Part shown: in pieces, positions 36,232 to 47,465 of the stretch
Layout: each line of letters begins with the position of its first letter
How positions within the stretch are numbered: the stretch's first letter is position 1
Assembly (NCBI GenBank): GCA_964536535.1
Contig: CAZHXU010000001.1
Span: forward strand, 1 to 59,553
Direction of reading: 5' to 3'
Source: an uncultured Fusobacteriaceae bacterium
GTDB lineage: Bacteria > Fusobacteriota > Fusobacteriia > Fusobacteriales > Fusobacteriaceae
Length of the DNA stretch: 59,553 bases
Notes under the pieces: generated by a model
Seen by the model: only the letters and a program-made list of their open reading frames with translations
Databases searched by the model: none
Told to the model about the DNA's origin: nothing
Made by a program: the position numbers and the translations under genes

Positions 36232-36260
36232 ATTATAAAGCATTTTCTATAAAATGTCAA
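36232..36260 (-). promoter_or_regulatory. Consensus sigma70 promoter
   Basis: Minus strand TTGACA (36260-36255), 17-nt spacer, TATAAT (36237-36232). Confidence 0.65.
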
Positions 36261-36420
36261 TTTTTTTATAAACTTTTAATTCTTTTCAATTTTAGAAAAA
36301 GATGTTTTATTTTTCTACATTTTTTCTTTTTCAAAATAGAAAAAAATTTATATACTTTAAAATCTGCTATTTTTCTTAAAGAGTTATCTATCGTAGATTT
36401 TTTATCCTTTAGATTTCATT

Positions 36421-36519
36421 TACTTTTTTATCAAGACAAAAGTGACAAAGAATATTGAAAAAACTTCTAATTCACAAAAAAAGGACTAAATTCTCTCAAA
36501 TTAGTCCTTTGTCTTCAAT
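36421..36519 (-). repeat. Dispersed ~100-nt repeat, copy A (contains an AGGACTA hairpin terminator)
   Basis: The reverse complement of 36421-36519 aligns by eye with 59204-59300 at roughly 85 percent identity: ATTGAAGACAAAGGACTA..TAGTCCTTTTTTT..CTTTTGTCTTGATA. Confidence 0.8.
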
Positions 36520-36547
36520 ATAAAAGGACTATTTAAAAATAGTCCTT
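36518..36547 (-). terminator. Intrinsic terminator after tgt
   Basis: Minus strand AAGGACTA-TTTTTAAA-TAGTCCTT followed by TTATATT, 17 nt after the tgt stop. A second hairpin with the same stem lies at 36474-36509. Confidence 0.7.
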
Positions 36548-36564
36548 AATTTTATTTATAATCT

Positions 36565-37737
<1,173 letters not shown>

Positions 37738-37740
37738 CTA

Positions 37741-39912
37741 CTATCTCTTAACGCTTATTACTCCTTCGATTTTTCTCAAGCTATTTTTAACTTTACTTGC
37801 TTGATCAACATCAGCTACTTCAATATTTAATTTTACATTAACTATTCTTTCGCCATTTTCTATATGTGTATTTGAATTTACACCTAATAGATTTAGTTTA
37901 TGATCCGATATTACTTTTACAAGATCCATCAAACCATTTACTCTATCTAACATTATTACATTAAAAATAAAGCTGTATTTATTAACATTTTTATTTATCA
38001 ACTTTTTATCCCAATTAACATCAATTATTCTACTTTCTTCTTTTTCTGCTAAAGAGATAAAATTTGGACAATCTTTTCTGTGTATTGCAATTCCTGTTCC
38101 TCTAGTTACATAACCAGAAACTTCATCTCCAGGTAATGGTGTACAACATTTTGCAAATCTAATAAGAGTATTATCAGTACCATCAATAACGATACCTTGT
38201 TGACTTGTATCTTTTTTTCTTTTTTTCTGGTTTTCACTTATAATGTCTTCCAGGTCAACTTCTACTCCCCCTTCGCCCCTCCTATGTTCAATTAGTTTTT
38301 CCATATAACCTTCTACTTTCATTTTGTTTATTCCAAAATTAAATAGTAGTTCGCTAAAGTTAGGAACGTGGGTTTTTCTCAAATATTCTTTTGTCAAATC
38401 AGAATCTTCTACATCTTTAAACTTAATATCAAATTTATTAAGTTCTTTTTCTAATATAGCTTTTCCTTCTTTTACTTTTTCATCAAATTGTTTATCTTTA
38501 ATCCATTTTTTAATTTTTGATTTAGAAGACTGTGTAACAACTATGTTTAACCAGTCTTTTCCTGGTCCTTTAGCTGCTTTACTTGTAATAATTTCGATTT
38601 GATCTCCATTATTCAGTTTATAATCAAGAGGTACTATTCTTCCATTTACTTTTGCTCCTATACATTTATACCCTATTTGAGTATGAATATGGAATGCAAA
38701 ATCAAGTGGAGTAGCTCCTTTTGTCATTTCTATAACATCTCCAGCTGGTGAAAAAACAAATACTGTTTCATTTAATATATCTCCAGTAACTGTTTTTATA
38801 AATTCTTCCGAATTATCAGCTACATTTTGCCATTCTAGTATTTGTCTAAGCCATGAGTATACATTATCTCTTCTATTTTGTTTTGTTTTTTCTTTATAGT
38901 TCCAGTGAGCAGCAATTCCTTCTTCAGCTATTCTATGCATCTCTTTAGTTCTTATTTGTATCTCTACAAAACGACCTTGTGGTCCAACTACAGTAGTATG
39001 TATAGACTGATATCCATTAGCTTTAGGAACAGCTATATAATCCTTAAATCTTCCAGGAACTGGTTTCCAAAAATTATGTACTAAACCAAGAACATTATAA
39101 CACTCAGCTTCATTACTTACTATTACCCTCATGGCAATAAGATCATATAACTCATCAAAGTCTTTTCCTTGTTCATACATTTTTTTATATATGCTATAAA
39201 GATGTTTGGCTCTTCCATTAACATCTCCGTCTATATTATATTTATCAATTTCTGTTTGCAAAACTTTTACAACTTCATTTGTATAAGCTTCTCTTTCACG
39301 TCTTTTTTGATCTACTAATTTTACTATTTCTTTATATATTTTAGGCTCAAAATAATAAAATGATAAGTCTTCAAGTTCCCATTTTATCTTTGCAATCCCT
39401 AACCTATGAGCTAGTGGTGCAAATATTTCAAGAGTTTCTTTTGCTATTCTTTTTTGCTTTTCTGCTGGCATAAATTTAAGAGTTCTCATATTATGAACCC
39501 TGTCAGCTAGTTTTATTATTACTACCCTTACATCTTTTGCCATTGCAACTATCATTTTTCTGATATTTTCATGTTGTTTTTTTGTTCCTTCAGGCAAGTT
39601 ACTAAGTTTAGTAACTCCGTCTACAAGGTCTGCTACAACATCACCAAAATGATACCTAATATCTGCACTAGTAATAAGAGTATCTTCAACTACATCATGC
39701 AAAAAACCAGCCACTACTGTATCAGTATCCATATTCATACTAATAAGTATTTTGGCTACTTCTACTGGATGCAAAATATAAGCATCTCCTGATTTTCTAA
39801 ACTGACCTACATGTGATTCTTTTGCAAATTCATATGCAAGCATAATTTTTTCTATATCAAGACTTTGGCTACTTTTTTTAATTTCTTCTAAAATTTCACT
39901 TTTATACCCCAT
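37741..39912 (-). CDS. relA: Bifunctional (p)ppGpp synthetase/hydrolase RelA/SpoT homologue
   Basis: HD hydrolase motifs HPVEVA..HDVVEDT, synthetase DLIAMRVIV..YQSIHT, TGS and C-terminal ACT-like domains. The track start 39975 is TTG; I prefer ATG 39912 (MGYKSEIL). Confidence 0.9.
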   Translation of the reverse strand: MGYKSEILEEIKKSSQSLDIEKIMLAYEFAKESHVGQFRKSGDAYILHPVEVAKILISMNMDTDTVVAGFLHDVVEDTLITSADIRYHFGDVVADLVDGVTKLSNLPEGTKKQHENIRKMIVAMAKDVRVVIIKLADRVHNMRTLKFMPAEKQKRIAKETLEIFAPLAHRLGIAKIKWELEDLSFYYFEPKIYKEIVKLVDQKRREREAYTNEVVKVLQTEIDKYNIDGDVNGRAKHLYSIYKKMYEQGKDFDELYDLIAMRVIVSNEAECYNVLGLVHNFWKPVPGRFKDYIAVPKANGYQSIHTTVVGPQGRFVEIQIRTKEMHRIAEEGIAAHWNYKEKTKQNRRDNVYSWLRQILEWQNVADNSEEFIKTVTGDILNETVFVFSPAGDVIEMTKGATPLDFAFHIHTQIGYKCIGAKVNGRIVPLDYKLNNGDQIEIITSKAAKGPGKDWLNIVVTQSSKSKIKKWIKDKQFDEKVKEGKAILEKELNKFDIKFKDVEDSDLTKEYLRKTHVPNFSELLFNFGINKMKVEGYMEKLIEHRRGEGGVEVDLEDIISENQKKRKKDTSQQGIVIDGTDNTLIRFAKCCTPLPGDEVSGYVTRGTGIAIHRKDCPNFISLAEKEESRIIDVNWDKKLINKNVNKYSFIFNVIMLDRVNGLMDLVKVISDHKLNLLGVNSNTHIENGERIVNVKLNIEVADVDQASKVKNSLRKIEGVISVKR

Positions 39913-40080
39913 GTCATCACCGTCTCTTCTAATTCCCTCTATTATAGCATATATAAAATCAATTATTAACAACAAATTATTTAAATTACCCTAACTAGTC
40001 AAATATAATTTATCTAAAAAATAAGATGCTAATTTTTTTAGAATCTTACTTTTTGAATAAATTTTCTTTCTATAAAGTTT

Positions 40081-40105
40081 ACAAAAGCGACACTTTAGTG
40101 TCGCT
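40081..40105 (-). terminator. Intrinsic terminator after apt
   Basis: Minus strand AGCGACAC-TAAA-GTGTCGCT followed by TTTTGT. Confidence 0.65.
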
Positions 40106-40109
40106 ATTA

Positions 40110-40670
40110 CTAGTATTTTAATACTGAAAATACATTTTCACCATCTAATTTATCTCTACCATTTAATCCTTCTAATTCAATCATAAATGCTACTTCTTCG
40201 ATATCTCCACCTAATTGATTTACTAAATCAACCATAGCTTTAGCAGTTCCACCTGTTGCTAATAAATCATCAATTAAAACTACTCTATCTCCTTTTTCAA
40301 GAGCATCTTCATGGATTTCTATTGTATTTGAACCATATTCAAGTTCATATGATGCACTAATAGTTTTATAAGGTAATTTACCTTTTTTTCTAACTGGGAT
40401 AAAACCTGCACCTATATTATAAGCAATTGCAGCTCCGAAAATAAATCCTCTAGCATCGGCTCCAAGAACATATTTTATTCCTTTTTCTCTATATCTATCT
40501 GAAAATATATCTATAATTTCTTTTAATCCTTGTGGATCTTTTAATAAAGTTGTTATATCTCTAAACAAGATTCCTTCTTGTGGAAAATCTGGTATATCTC
40601 TGATTAAACTCTTTAAATTTTCAATATTTTTAGCCAATTTTATCCTCCTAAATTCTTTTTTACGACTCAC
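40110..40670 (-). CDS. apt: Adenine phosphoribosyltransferase
   Basis: [15 protein letters not shown] and PRPP motif [14 protein letters not shown]. Confidence 0.95.
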   Translation of the reverse strand: MSRKKEFRRIKLAKNIENLKSLIRDIPDFPQEGILFRDITTLLKDPQGLKEIIDIFSDRYREKGIKYVLGADARGFIFGAAIAYNIGAGFIPVRKKGKLPYKTISASYELEYGSNTIEIHEDALEKGDRVVLIDDLLATGGTAKAMVDLVNQLGGDIEEVAFMIELEGLNGRDKLDGENVFSVLKY

Positions 40671-40770
40671 AACTTATAATTTTACATAAGTCTTCATATT
40701 TTGTCAAGGCAAAATAAGCTATAGTCTATTGTAGACTATTTATCATTACATCTGTAAAGATATTACACTT

Positions 40771-41208
40771 CTACTCCCATATATTTCCCAAATATAATAC
40801 ATTTTTTTGCCCATTTTTTACGTATTCCAATATTTCTTTTTTTACATTTGGATAGATAGTATAATCCTCCAGTTTTTCCACTTCTAAGTACTCTGCTCCA
40901 GCAAGTCTTTCTTCTTCAGCAACTTTTAATTCACCACTTTTATAAAAAACTTCAAAATAAACATTTACAATATGTTTATCCCCATCTGGAGCTATTGCTT
41001 CAGATATAAAAAGCATATTTCCAATAGTGATTTCAAAGTTTACTTCTTCTAAGTATTCTCTTTTAAGAGCTATTTCAAAAGATTCGCCGTAATCTACTCC
41101 ACCACCAGGTAAGAGATAATATTCTTTATTATTTTTCCTATGTTTAACAAACAATATTTTATTATCTTTTTTAAGTAATCCACAAACTCTTACCCTAGGC
41201 TCCTTCAC
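40771..41208 (-). CDS. NUDIX hydrolase
   Basis: Nudix box GGGVDYGESFEIALKREYLEEVN. The start overlaps the PP2C gene end by 14 nt. Confidence 0.85.
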   Translation of the reverse strand: MKEPRVRVCGLLKKDNKILFVKHRKNNKEYYLLPGGGVDYGESFEIALKREYLEEVNFEITIGNMLFISEAIAPDGDKHIVNVYFEVFYKSGELKVAEEERLAGAEYLEVEKLEDYTIYPNVKKEILEYVKNGQKNVLYLGNIWE

Positions 41209-43453
41209 TAATATTTCCTCCTTTAATTGCTAAAAGTGTAATATCATCATTTTGTTTGGCATCTTTTACAAAGTCTTTCAAGTTTCCATAAAGACTTTTA
41301 ATAAAATCTTCTGAATTTTTTTCAAAATTTTCTTTTACAAATTTTTCTACTCTTTCAAGTGTGAAAAATTCTCCATCATCTTTTCTAGCTTCTGCTACTC
41401 CATCTGTATAAAATAAAAATAAATCATCTATATCAAAATCTATCTCTATTCTTTCATATACTTCTTCCATAATACCAAGCACTATACTTTCACTAGGATA
41501 TTTTCTAAGTATCTTTTCTTTTTGATTATAATAAAGAAATGGATCATGACCTGCACTTGATACTTCTAATCTTTTTTCCGTAGAATTAAGCATAAAACAA
41601 GCTGCAGTTACAAACCTTCCCTCTAAATTCTCTTTTAATAAAACACTATTTATTCTTGTTAATATTTCTTCTGGTCTATATTCTCTAAATTCTTCGACTA
41701 TCATTCTAAATATAGTTCTTACTATACTTACAAGTAAAGAGGCTGGAATACCCTTACCACTTACATCAGCAATAAATCCTATTACTCTATTTTCATCTAC
41801 TTGAACAAGATCATAATAATCTCCACCAACTGCTTTTGCTGGTATATTTAGTCCATAAAAATTAGCATTTAGTACCCTAGGCATTTTTTGTGGAAACAAA
41901 CCAGATTGTATATGGCTTGCAATCTTTAATTGTTCTTCTTCTTTTTGTCTATCTATCTCTTTTACAAAATTATCTATATTTTGCACACTTATAGACATCT
42001 GATTTATAAGAGAAGTTATAAGATTTACATTTGCTGCAGTAAATTCATCTTGTTTATTAAATAAGATAACTCCACCCATTATCTCTTGTCCTATTATAAT
42101 AGGTGCTTCTACAAAGTTTTTAATATGTTTTTTTATATTCTCAGATAATTTAGAATAATTATCAAGTTTTGTTAGTTCATTTACAATTATTGCTTTTTCT
42201 GCTTTTTTCATATCAAAGAATAATTTACTTAAAACTTCATCTAATTCTTCATTTTCAATAAAATCTTTATCTGACCAATTTATTAATTTAGAAACTTTTA
42301 ATTTATCTTTTTCATAATAATAAGTAAGTGCAAATTCAGTTTCAGTAATTTCAAGTAAAGTATTTAGTATAGCTTCTTCTATATCTTCTTTATCATAGAT
42401 TTTACCTATTTTTTTACCTACTTCGTATAATGTTACTATTTCTTCATACATATTAGACATTTGCTCCAAATGTATTTCTAGATTTTCATCTGTTTCTTTA
42501 AGTTCTTTTTTCAACCTACTAATATCACAGTTTAATTTAGTAACAATATTTTCTTTTTGATACATTTGATAATACAGATCTATAATAGAAATAAATATAG
42601 TAAAGATTTTACCTAATATATCTAAAATAATCTCACTTTTTAATTCGTCTGGCTTCTGAGCTTTTATAAGAACAAATCCATGTACTTTATCTTCTACTTT
42701 CAAAACTGCCACCAAATCAAATGTTTTATCTCCAATTATTTTGTCTGTATATAAACCTTTATCAAGTCCTTCAAGTTTTTCAAGTTCCCACAAGTCTATA
42801 TCTTCATCTTCATTTGATATATTCTTAAATACTTCATAGTTTTCTTTAGTTTTCTTTACAACAAAAAGTTCATCTACTATAAAGGAATTTTTAAGATGAA
42901 ATGATAATTCTTCAAATATATCTTCATACTTTTTCACACCATCTCTAAAATCATTTATAAATTTTATAGATTGGTTTAAAAACTGACTAGCCAATTGACC
43001 TTCTGTTTTAATATATTTCAATTTTTTTTCAGTAACACCTAATTTGCTTTCTTTTTTCTTCATTTCATCTTCTCTCTTACTCTGCATCTCTTTATAATTC
43101 CTTCTATAGTTATCAAGCTCATTTGACAATTTATCTAGTTCTTCATTAAAAAAATATTCAAAACTACTAAAACTATCTAAGCCCATAAATTTTTTATATC
43201 CATCATTTTTTATGCTAAATTTATCGTTAATTTGGAGAGTTTTTTTTACAAGTTTATTATAAAAACCTTTAAGTCTAATTTCATACATAAAGTAGCTACA
43301 AAGAAGTACTACTAATTCTGATACATATATATAAATATATTTTTCCACATAAATGTCTGTATTGCTACCAAATCTAATTACTACAACTGGCATTAGTAGA
43401 AAAACAACAAATATTATCAGTTTATATACTACATTAACTCTCCACTCTTTCAT
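41195..43453 (-). CDS. Membrane-anchored GAF + PP2C/SpoIIE-family serine phosphatase
   Basis: N-terminal TM segments. C-terminal GGDYYDL, DVSGKGIPASL, FLFYTDGVAEAR and DDITLLAIK (RsbU/SpoIIE signatures). Confidence 0.85.
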   Translation of the reverse strand: MKEWRVNVVYKLIIFVVFLLMPVVVIRFGSNTDIYVEKYIYIYVSELVVLLCSYFMYEIRLKGFYNKLVKKTLQINDKFSIKNDGYKKFMGLDSFSSFEYFFNEELDKLSNELDNYRRNYKEMQSKREDEMKKKESKLGVTEKKLKYIKTEGQLASQFLNQSIKFINDFRDGVKKYEDIFEELSFHLKNSFIVDELFVVKKTKENYEVFKNISNEDEDIDLWELEKLEGLDKGLYTDKIIGDKTFDLVAVLKVEDKVHGFVLIKAQKPDELKSEIILDILGKIFTIFISIIDLYYQMYQKENIVTKLNCDISRLKKELKETDENLEIHLEQMSNMYEEIVTLYEVGKKIGKIYDKEDIEEAILNTLLEITETEFALTYYYEKDKLKVSKLINWSDKDFIENEELDEVLSKLFFDMKKAEKAIIVNELTKLDNYSKLSENIKKHIKNFVEAPIIIGQEIMGGVILFNKQDEFTAANVNLITSLINQMSISVQNIDNFVKEIDRQKEEEQLKIASHIQSGLFPQKMPRVLNANFYGLNIPAKAVGGDYYDLVQVDENRVIGFIADVSGKGIPASLLVSIVRTIFRMIVEEFREYRPEEILTRINSVLLKENLEGRFVTAACFMLNSTEKRLEVSSAGHDPFLYYNQKEKILRKYPSESIVLGIMEEVYERIEIDFDIDDLFLFYTDGVAEARKDDGEFFTLERVEKFVKENFEKNSEDFIKSLYGNLKDFVKDAKQNDDITLLAIKGGNISEGA

Positions 43454-43457
43454 AGTA

Positions 43458-44363
43458 TCATTCCTTTTCTACTTTTTTCAGTAACTCCTCTATTTCAACA
43501 ACTTTTGCTTTATTATCTAATTTATCATATATTTTTAATTCCATTCTCAAAACATCTGCGTCATATTTTAATTTTTCTGGAATCAAATTAACTATTTTTC
43601 TTGCTTCGTTATACTCAGCTCTCAAATAATATAATCTAGCTAGTTCGATAACAATAAATTTATTTGGACCATAACCAATAATATAATCTCTATATAAATC
43701 TTCTGCTTCTCTTTTTCTTGCTACATTTTCACTCAAATGTCTTCCATAAATATAAACTACTTCATAGTTACTTGGATTTTCTTTATATAATTTTGAAATA
43801 TACGGATGAAGTTCTCCTAATTTACCAAGTTCTAACAATACTTCTGAATATACTTTAGCAAACTCTATATCTTCTAACATATAATCTTTTATTTTTGTTA
43901 ATTCTGTATATGCATTATCATATTCTTCAAGTCTATAATAGTTAAACCCTATCATTTTTCTAATTTCATTTGTTACACTTTCGATACTTATATCTTCAAG
44001 TAATTTTAAAGATTCGTTATATCTTTGTTGGTTATAGTATAAAACTGACAAGTTATAAAGAGTTATTGAATCTTTAGGATCTACATCCAATATTTTTTTA
44101 TAAAATCTCTCTGAATTGTCATAATCATTTAATTTACTATAAGTAATAGCAAGTTGCCTCATAACAAAAGTATCTGTTTTATCTATCTTATAAGCTTTTA
44201 GATATTCATCTATTGCTAAACTATATTTCCCTTCTTGAGATGCATTCATTCCTCTAATCAGCGCATATTGTTGTGCTTTATAACTTTCTTTAACTTCTCC
44301 ATTTGAACATCCAACAATAACGAGCACTACTAGAGCTAATAGAATATTAATTTTTTTCTTCAT
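43458..44363 (-). CDS. TPR-repeat lipoprotein
   Basis: Start placed at ATG 44363 (MKKKINILLALVVLVIVGCSN lipobox) after AAGGGGAGAAAA. TPR units such as GKYSLAIDEYLKAYKIDK. Confidence 0.75.
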   Translation of the reverse strand: MKKKINILLALVVLVIVGCSNGEVKESYKAQQYALIRGMNASQEGKYSLAIDEYLKAYKIDKTDTFVMRQLAITYSKLNDYDNSERFYKKILDVDPKDSITLYNLSVLYYNQQRYNESLKLLEDISIESVTNEIRKMIGFNYYRLEEYDNAYTELTKIKDYMLEDIEFAKVYSEVLLELGKLGELHPYISKLYKENPSNYEVVYIYGRHLSENVARKREAEDLYRDYIIGYGPNKFIVIELARLYYLRAEYNEARKIVNLIPEKLKYDADVLRMELKIYDKLDNKAKVVEIEELLKKVEKE

Positions 44364-45045
44364 TTTTCTCCCCTTTATTTTGTAGTTTTTCAATATTCTC
44401 ATTTGGTATAATTGCCCCACCAGAGATGATCATTTTAAAAGCATCATCTATTTTTATATCTAAGTCTATAACTTCTTCTATAGGTACCACCAAAAAAACA
44501 CCTGATGTAGGATTTGGTGATGTTGGTATAAACAAGTTATAAAGTCCCTTTTTATTTAATGCATTCTCTGCTAACACATTTTCTTCACTAGTTACTAAAG
44601 CCAAGCTGTATATACCTTTTCTAGGATACTCTATAAGTACTGTTTTTTTATAGGACTTATTTTCTTTAGAAAATATAAGCTGACTTAATTGTTTAAAGGT
44701 TGAATATAATGATTTTGCCAAAGGTATTTTCAAAATCAGTAATTCTATTGATTTCATCTTACTTCTATTAAAGAAATGGCTTACAAAAAAACCTAAAACC
44801 ATAATAGAAAACATAATAATAAAAATTGCTATTGTTGCTACAATAAAAGAAACAAGCTCACTTACAGAAGCAAGCTTGGCATTATAGTCAACAAACATAT
44901 CGGAAATTGCTCTTATTGGTATTATTTTTTCCACAGTTTTTACTGCTAAGTTATATATAAATATAAGTACATATATAGTTGCAAATAGCGGTAACCCTGC
45001 TAATAAACCAGATATAAAGTATTTTCTTATGTTTTTAAAAAGCAT
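44347..45045 (-). CDS. DUF502-family membrane protein
   Basis: 232 aa, two long TM hairpin regions, GVFLVVP-type C-terminal region. Family call is from memory. Confidence 0.5.
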   Translation of the reverse strand: MLFKNIRKYFISGLLAGLPLFATIYVLIFIYNLAVKTVEKIIPIRAISDMFVDYNAKLASVSELVSFIVATIAIFIIMFSIMVLGFFVSHFFNRSKMKSIELLILKIPLAKSLYSTFKQLSQLIFSKENKSYKKTVLIEYPRKGIYSLALVTSEENVLAENALNKKGLYNLFIPTSPNPTSGVFLVVPIEEVIDLDIKIDDAFKMIISGGAIIPNENIEKLQNKGEKNEEKN

Positions 45046-45048
45046 TCC

Positions 45049-46314
45049 CTACACCTCATTTTTAATAATTAACACCTTAACTACTCTACGATTATCTACT
45101 TCTAAAACTCTTAATTCTAAGCCTTCATCTTCAAGTTTAACGAGATCTTTTTCTTCTGGTACCCTACCAAGAGCAGAATAAATAAATCCTCCTAAACTAT
45201 CATAATCTTCACTTTCAACTAATTTTATTTCTACAGCGTCATTTATTTCATCAATAGGTAACATTGCATCTACAATGTACTTGTTATCTCCTACTTTTTT
45301 TACACTTTCTTCATCTTCTTCATCAAATTCGTCATTTATTTCCCCAACGATTTCTTCAATAAGGTCCTCTATAGTTACTATTCCACTAGTTCCCCCATAT
45401 TCATCTACAACTATTGCGATATGTATATGTTTACTTTTAAACTCTTCTAACATTTCAACTAATGGTTTTGTTTCAGGAACAAAATATGCTCCTCTTACAA
45501 AGTTTTTAACTTCTACCTCTAACTGACCTTCCCTAATAACATTAAATAAATCTTTAACATAAACAACACCAATAATATTGTCTATACTTTCTTCATATAC
45601 AGGAATACGAGAGAATCCATTATCAATAACTTCATTCCATATATCATTTAGAGTTTTATTCCCTTCTACTGCAAACATAGTAGTTCTAGGAACCATTACA
45701 TCTCTTACTCTTGCATCTCCAAATTCAAAAATAGAATGTATCATTTCTCTTTCTTCTTCTTCTATTATCCCCTCTTGTTCTCCAACATTTACAAAGGATT
45801 TTATATCTTCTTCTGTAATCATTAGATTTCCATCAGTTATTTTTATATTAAACAACCTAGCAATTACTCTAGATATAAACATCAAAACTGATATTAACCA
45901 AGAAAATAAAAGGCTCATTGGATAAATAACAGAAATTACAAAAGAAGCTACCATAGTTGGGTATGACTTCGCAACAACTTTTGGAGTTATTTCTCCAAAA
46001 ATAAGTATAATTACTGTCATAAGTGCTGTTACAAGTAATATAGCTTCTCCACCACCAACTAATTTCATTGCAACTGTTGTTGCTATAGCTGATGACAAAA
46101 TATTTACAATGTTGTTTCCAATAAGTATTGCTGTTAACATCTTATTTGGTTTTTCTATCCATTTTTTAAGCAGTTTTGCTTTATGAAGTGATTTCTCCTC
46201 AATTTCTGGTAATTTACTTCTGTTAAATGCAGTTAAAGCTGTTTCTGATGCAGAGAAAAATCCCGACATCAATATAAGAATAACTAATAAAATAATCTGA
46301 CTATACGTTTCCAA
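45049..46314 (-). CDS. CNNM/CorC-type transporter (DUF21 + CBS pair + CorC_HlyC)
   Basis: N-terminal 4-TM DUF21 (FFSASETAL), CBS pair (VRDVMVPR..), C-terminal TIEDLIEEIVGEI and LGGFIYS motifs. Confidence 0.85.
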   Translation of the reverse strand: METYSQIILLVILILMSGFFSASETALTAFNRSKLPEIEEKSLHKAKLLKKWIEKPNKMLTAILIGNNIVNILSSAIATTVAMKLVGGGEAILLVTALMTVIILIFGEITPKVVAKSYPTMVASFVISVIYPMSLLFSWLISVLMFISRVIARLFNIKITDGNLMITEEDIKSFVNVGEQEGIIEEEEREMIHSIFEFGDARVRDVMVPRTTMFAVEGNKTLNDIWNEVIDNGFSRIPVYEESIDNIIGVVYVKDLFNVIREGQLEVEVKNFVRGAYFVPETKPLVEMLEEFKSKHIHIAIVVDEYGGTSGIVTIEDLIEEIVGEINDEFDEEDEESVKKVGDNKYIVDAMLPIDEINDAVEIKLVESEDYDSLGGFIYSALGRVPEEKDLVKLEDEGLELRVLEVDNRRVVKVLIIKNEV

Positions 46315-46341
46315 GTTTTAGTACACCTTCCTTATAAAATT

Positions 46342-46800
46342 CTAAAAACTCTCTATCAAATTTGTTTTGCTTATTAAACCTATTAATTCTTCTTTATCAA
46401 GAACTAAAGCAAATTCATAATCTTTTTCTAAAATATCTGTAACTACTTGATCTAGAGCTGTATCTTTTTCAACTTTTAATATATTTTTCCTCATTAATTC
46501 ACTTGCTTTAAAAGCTGTGATTTTTTCCAATTTTTCCTTAAAAACCCTTGTTCCCGGTAATGTAATGATTAAGTCATTTAGAGCAATAATTGGTGGTATT
46601 GGAGCTTTCTCTTTTTTTACCAAAAGATCATCTCTTGTTACAACTCCTACTACTCTTCCATTATCAATTACAGGTAGCTTTCCTACCCCCTTTGTTTTCA
46701 TAATTTCTAGTATTTCATGAAGATTGTTTTCTGGACCAATAGTAATTATATTTTTTGTCATTACTTCTACCAATTTTTTCATAAAAACACCTCTTCCCAT
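46342..46800 (-). CDS. CBS-pair domain protein
   Basis: VEVMTKNIITI..GKLPVIDNGRVVGVVTRDDL and a second CBS motif. An alternative start at ATG 46782 has a better RBS. Confidence 0.75.
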   Translation of the reverse strand: MGRGVFMKKLVEVMTKNIITIGPENNLHEILEIMKTKGVGKLPVIDNGRVVGVVTRDDLLVKKEKAPIPPIIALNDLIITLPGTRVFKEKLEKITAFKASELMRKNILKVEKDTALDQVVTDILEKDYEFALVLDKEELIGLISKTNLIESF

Positions 46801-46830
46801 TTTATCATAAAGCCTTATAAAAATAAACTA

Positions 46831-47289
46831 TTAATATGGTAATGTATATATCCATTCTTCAGTTGCTAAGTTGTATTTTAGAATCTCTTCTTCTCTAAAA
46901 AACAAATTAATTTCTCTTATTGCATTTTCTATGCTATCACTAGTGTGTATCACATTTTTTCCAATATCAAGCACATAATCTCCTCTTATCGTTCCAGGTA
47001 AAGCTTCTGAAGGATTAGTTGCACCGGCCATTTTACGAACTATTTCTATTACATTTTGACCCTCCATAACCATAGCTACTACTGGACCAGCAGTTATTGT
47101 ATCAATAAGTTCATCAAAAAAACCTTTTCCTATATGAGCTTCATAATGTTTCATAGCTAGTTCTCTTGACATTCTCATAAGTTTTAACCCTGCTATTTTT
47201 ACTCCTTTTTTTTCAAACCTAGTAATTATCTCACCAATAAGTTCTCTTTGAACTCCACCTGGTTTTATCATTACAAACGTTTTTTCCAT
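46831..47289 (-). CDS. ndk: Nucleoside diphosphate kinase
   Basis: [43 protein letters not shown] (active-site His). Confidence 0.9.
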   Translation of the reverse strand: MEKTFVMIKPGGVQRELIGEIITRFEKKGVKIAGLKLMRMSRELAMKHYEAHIGKGFFDELIDTITAGPVVAMVMEGQNVIEIVRKMAGATNPSEALPGTIRGDYVLDIGKNVIHTSDSIENAIREINLFFREEEILKYNLATEEWIYTLPY

Positions 47290-47465
47290 AATCTCCCCCT
47301 TTAATTATTCTATATTAAATTATACTACATTTACTCTCCTATAACAAATTTTACCTAGCTTTTTATCAATTTGAAGGTATTTTTTTTCTAAAAAATCTAA
47401 AAATAATTTTTCACTTAATTTTTTCTTGATTTTTAATAAAATTTAAAAGAAAAGTTGAACTTTTC

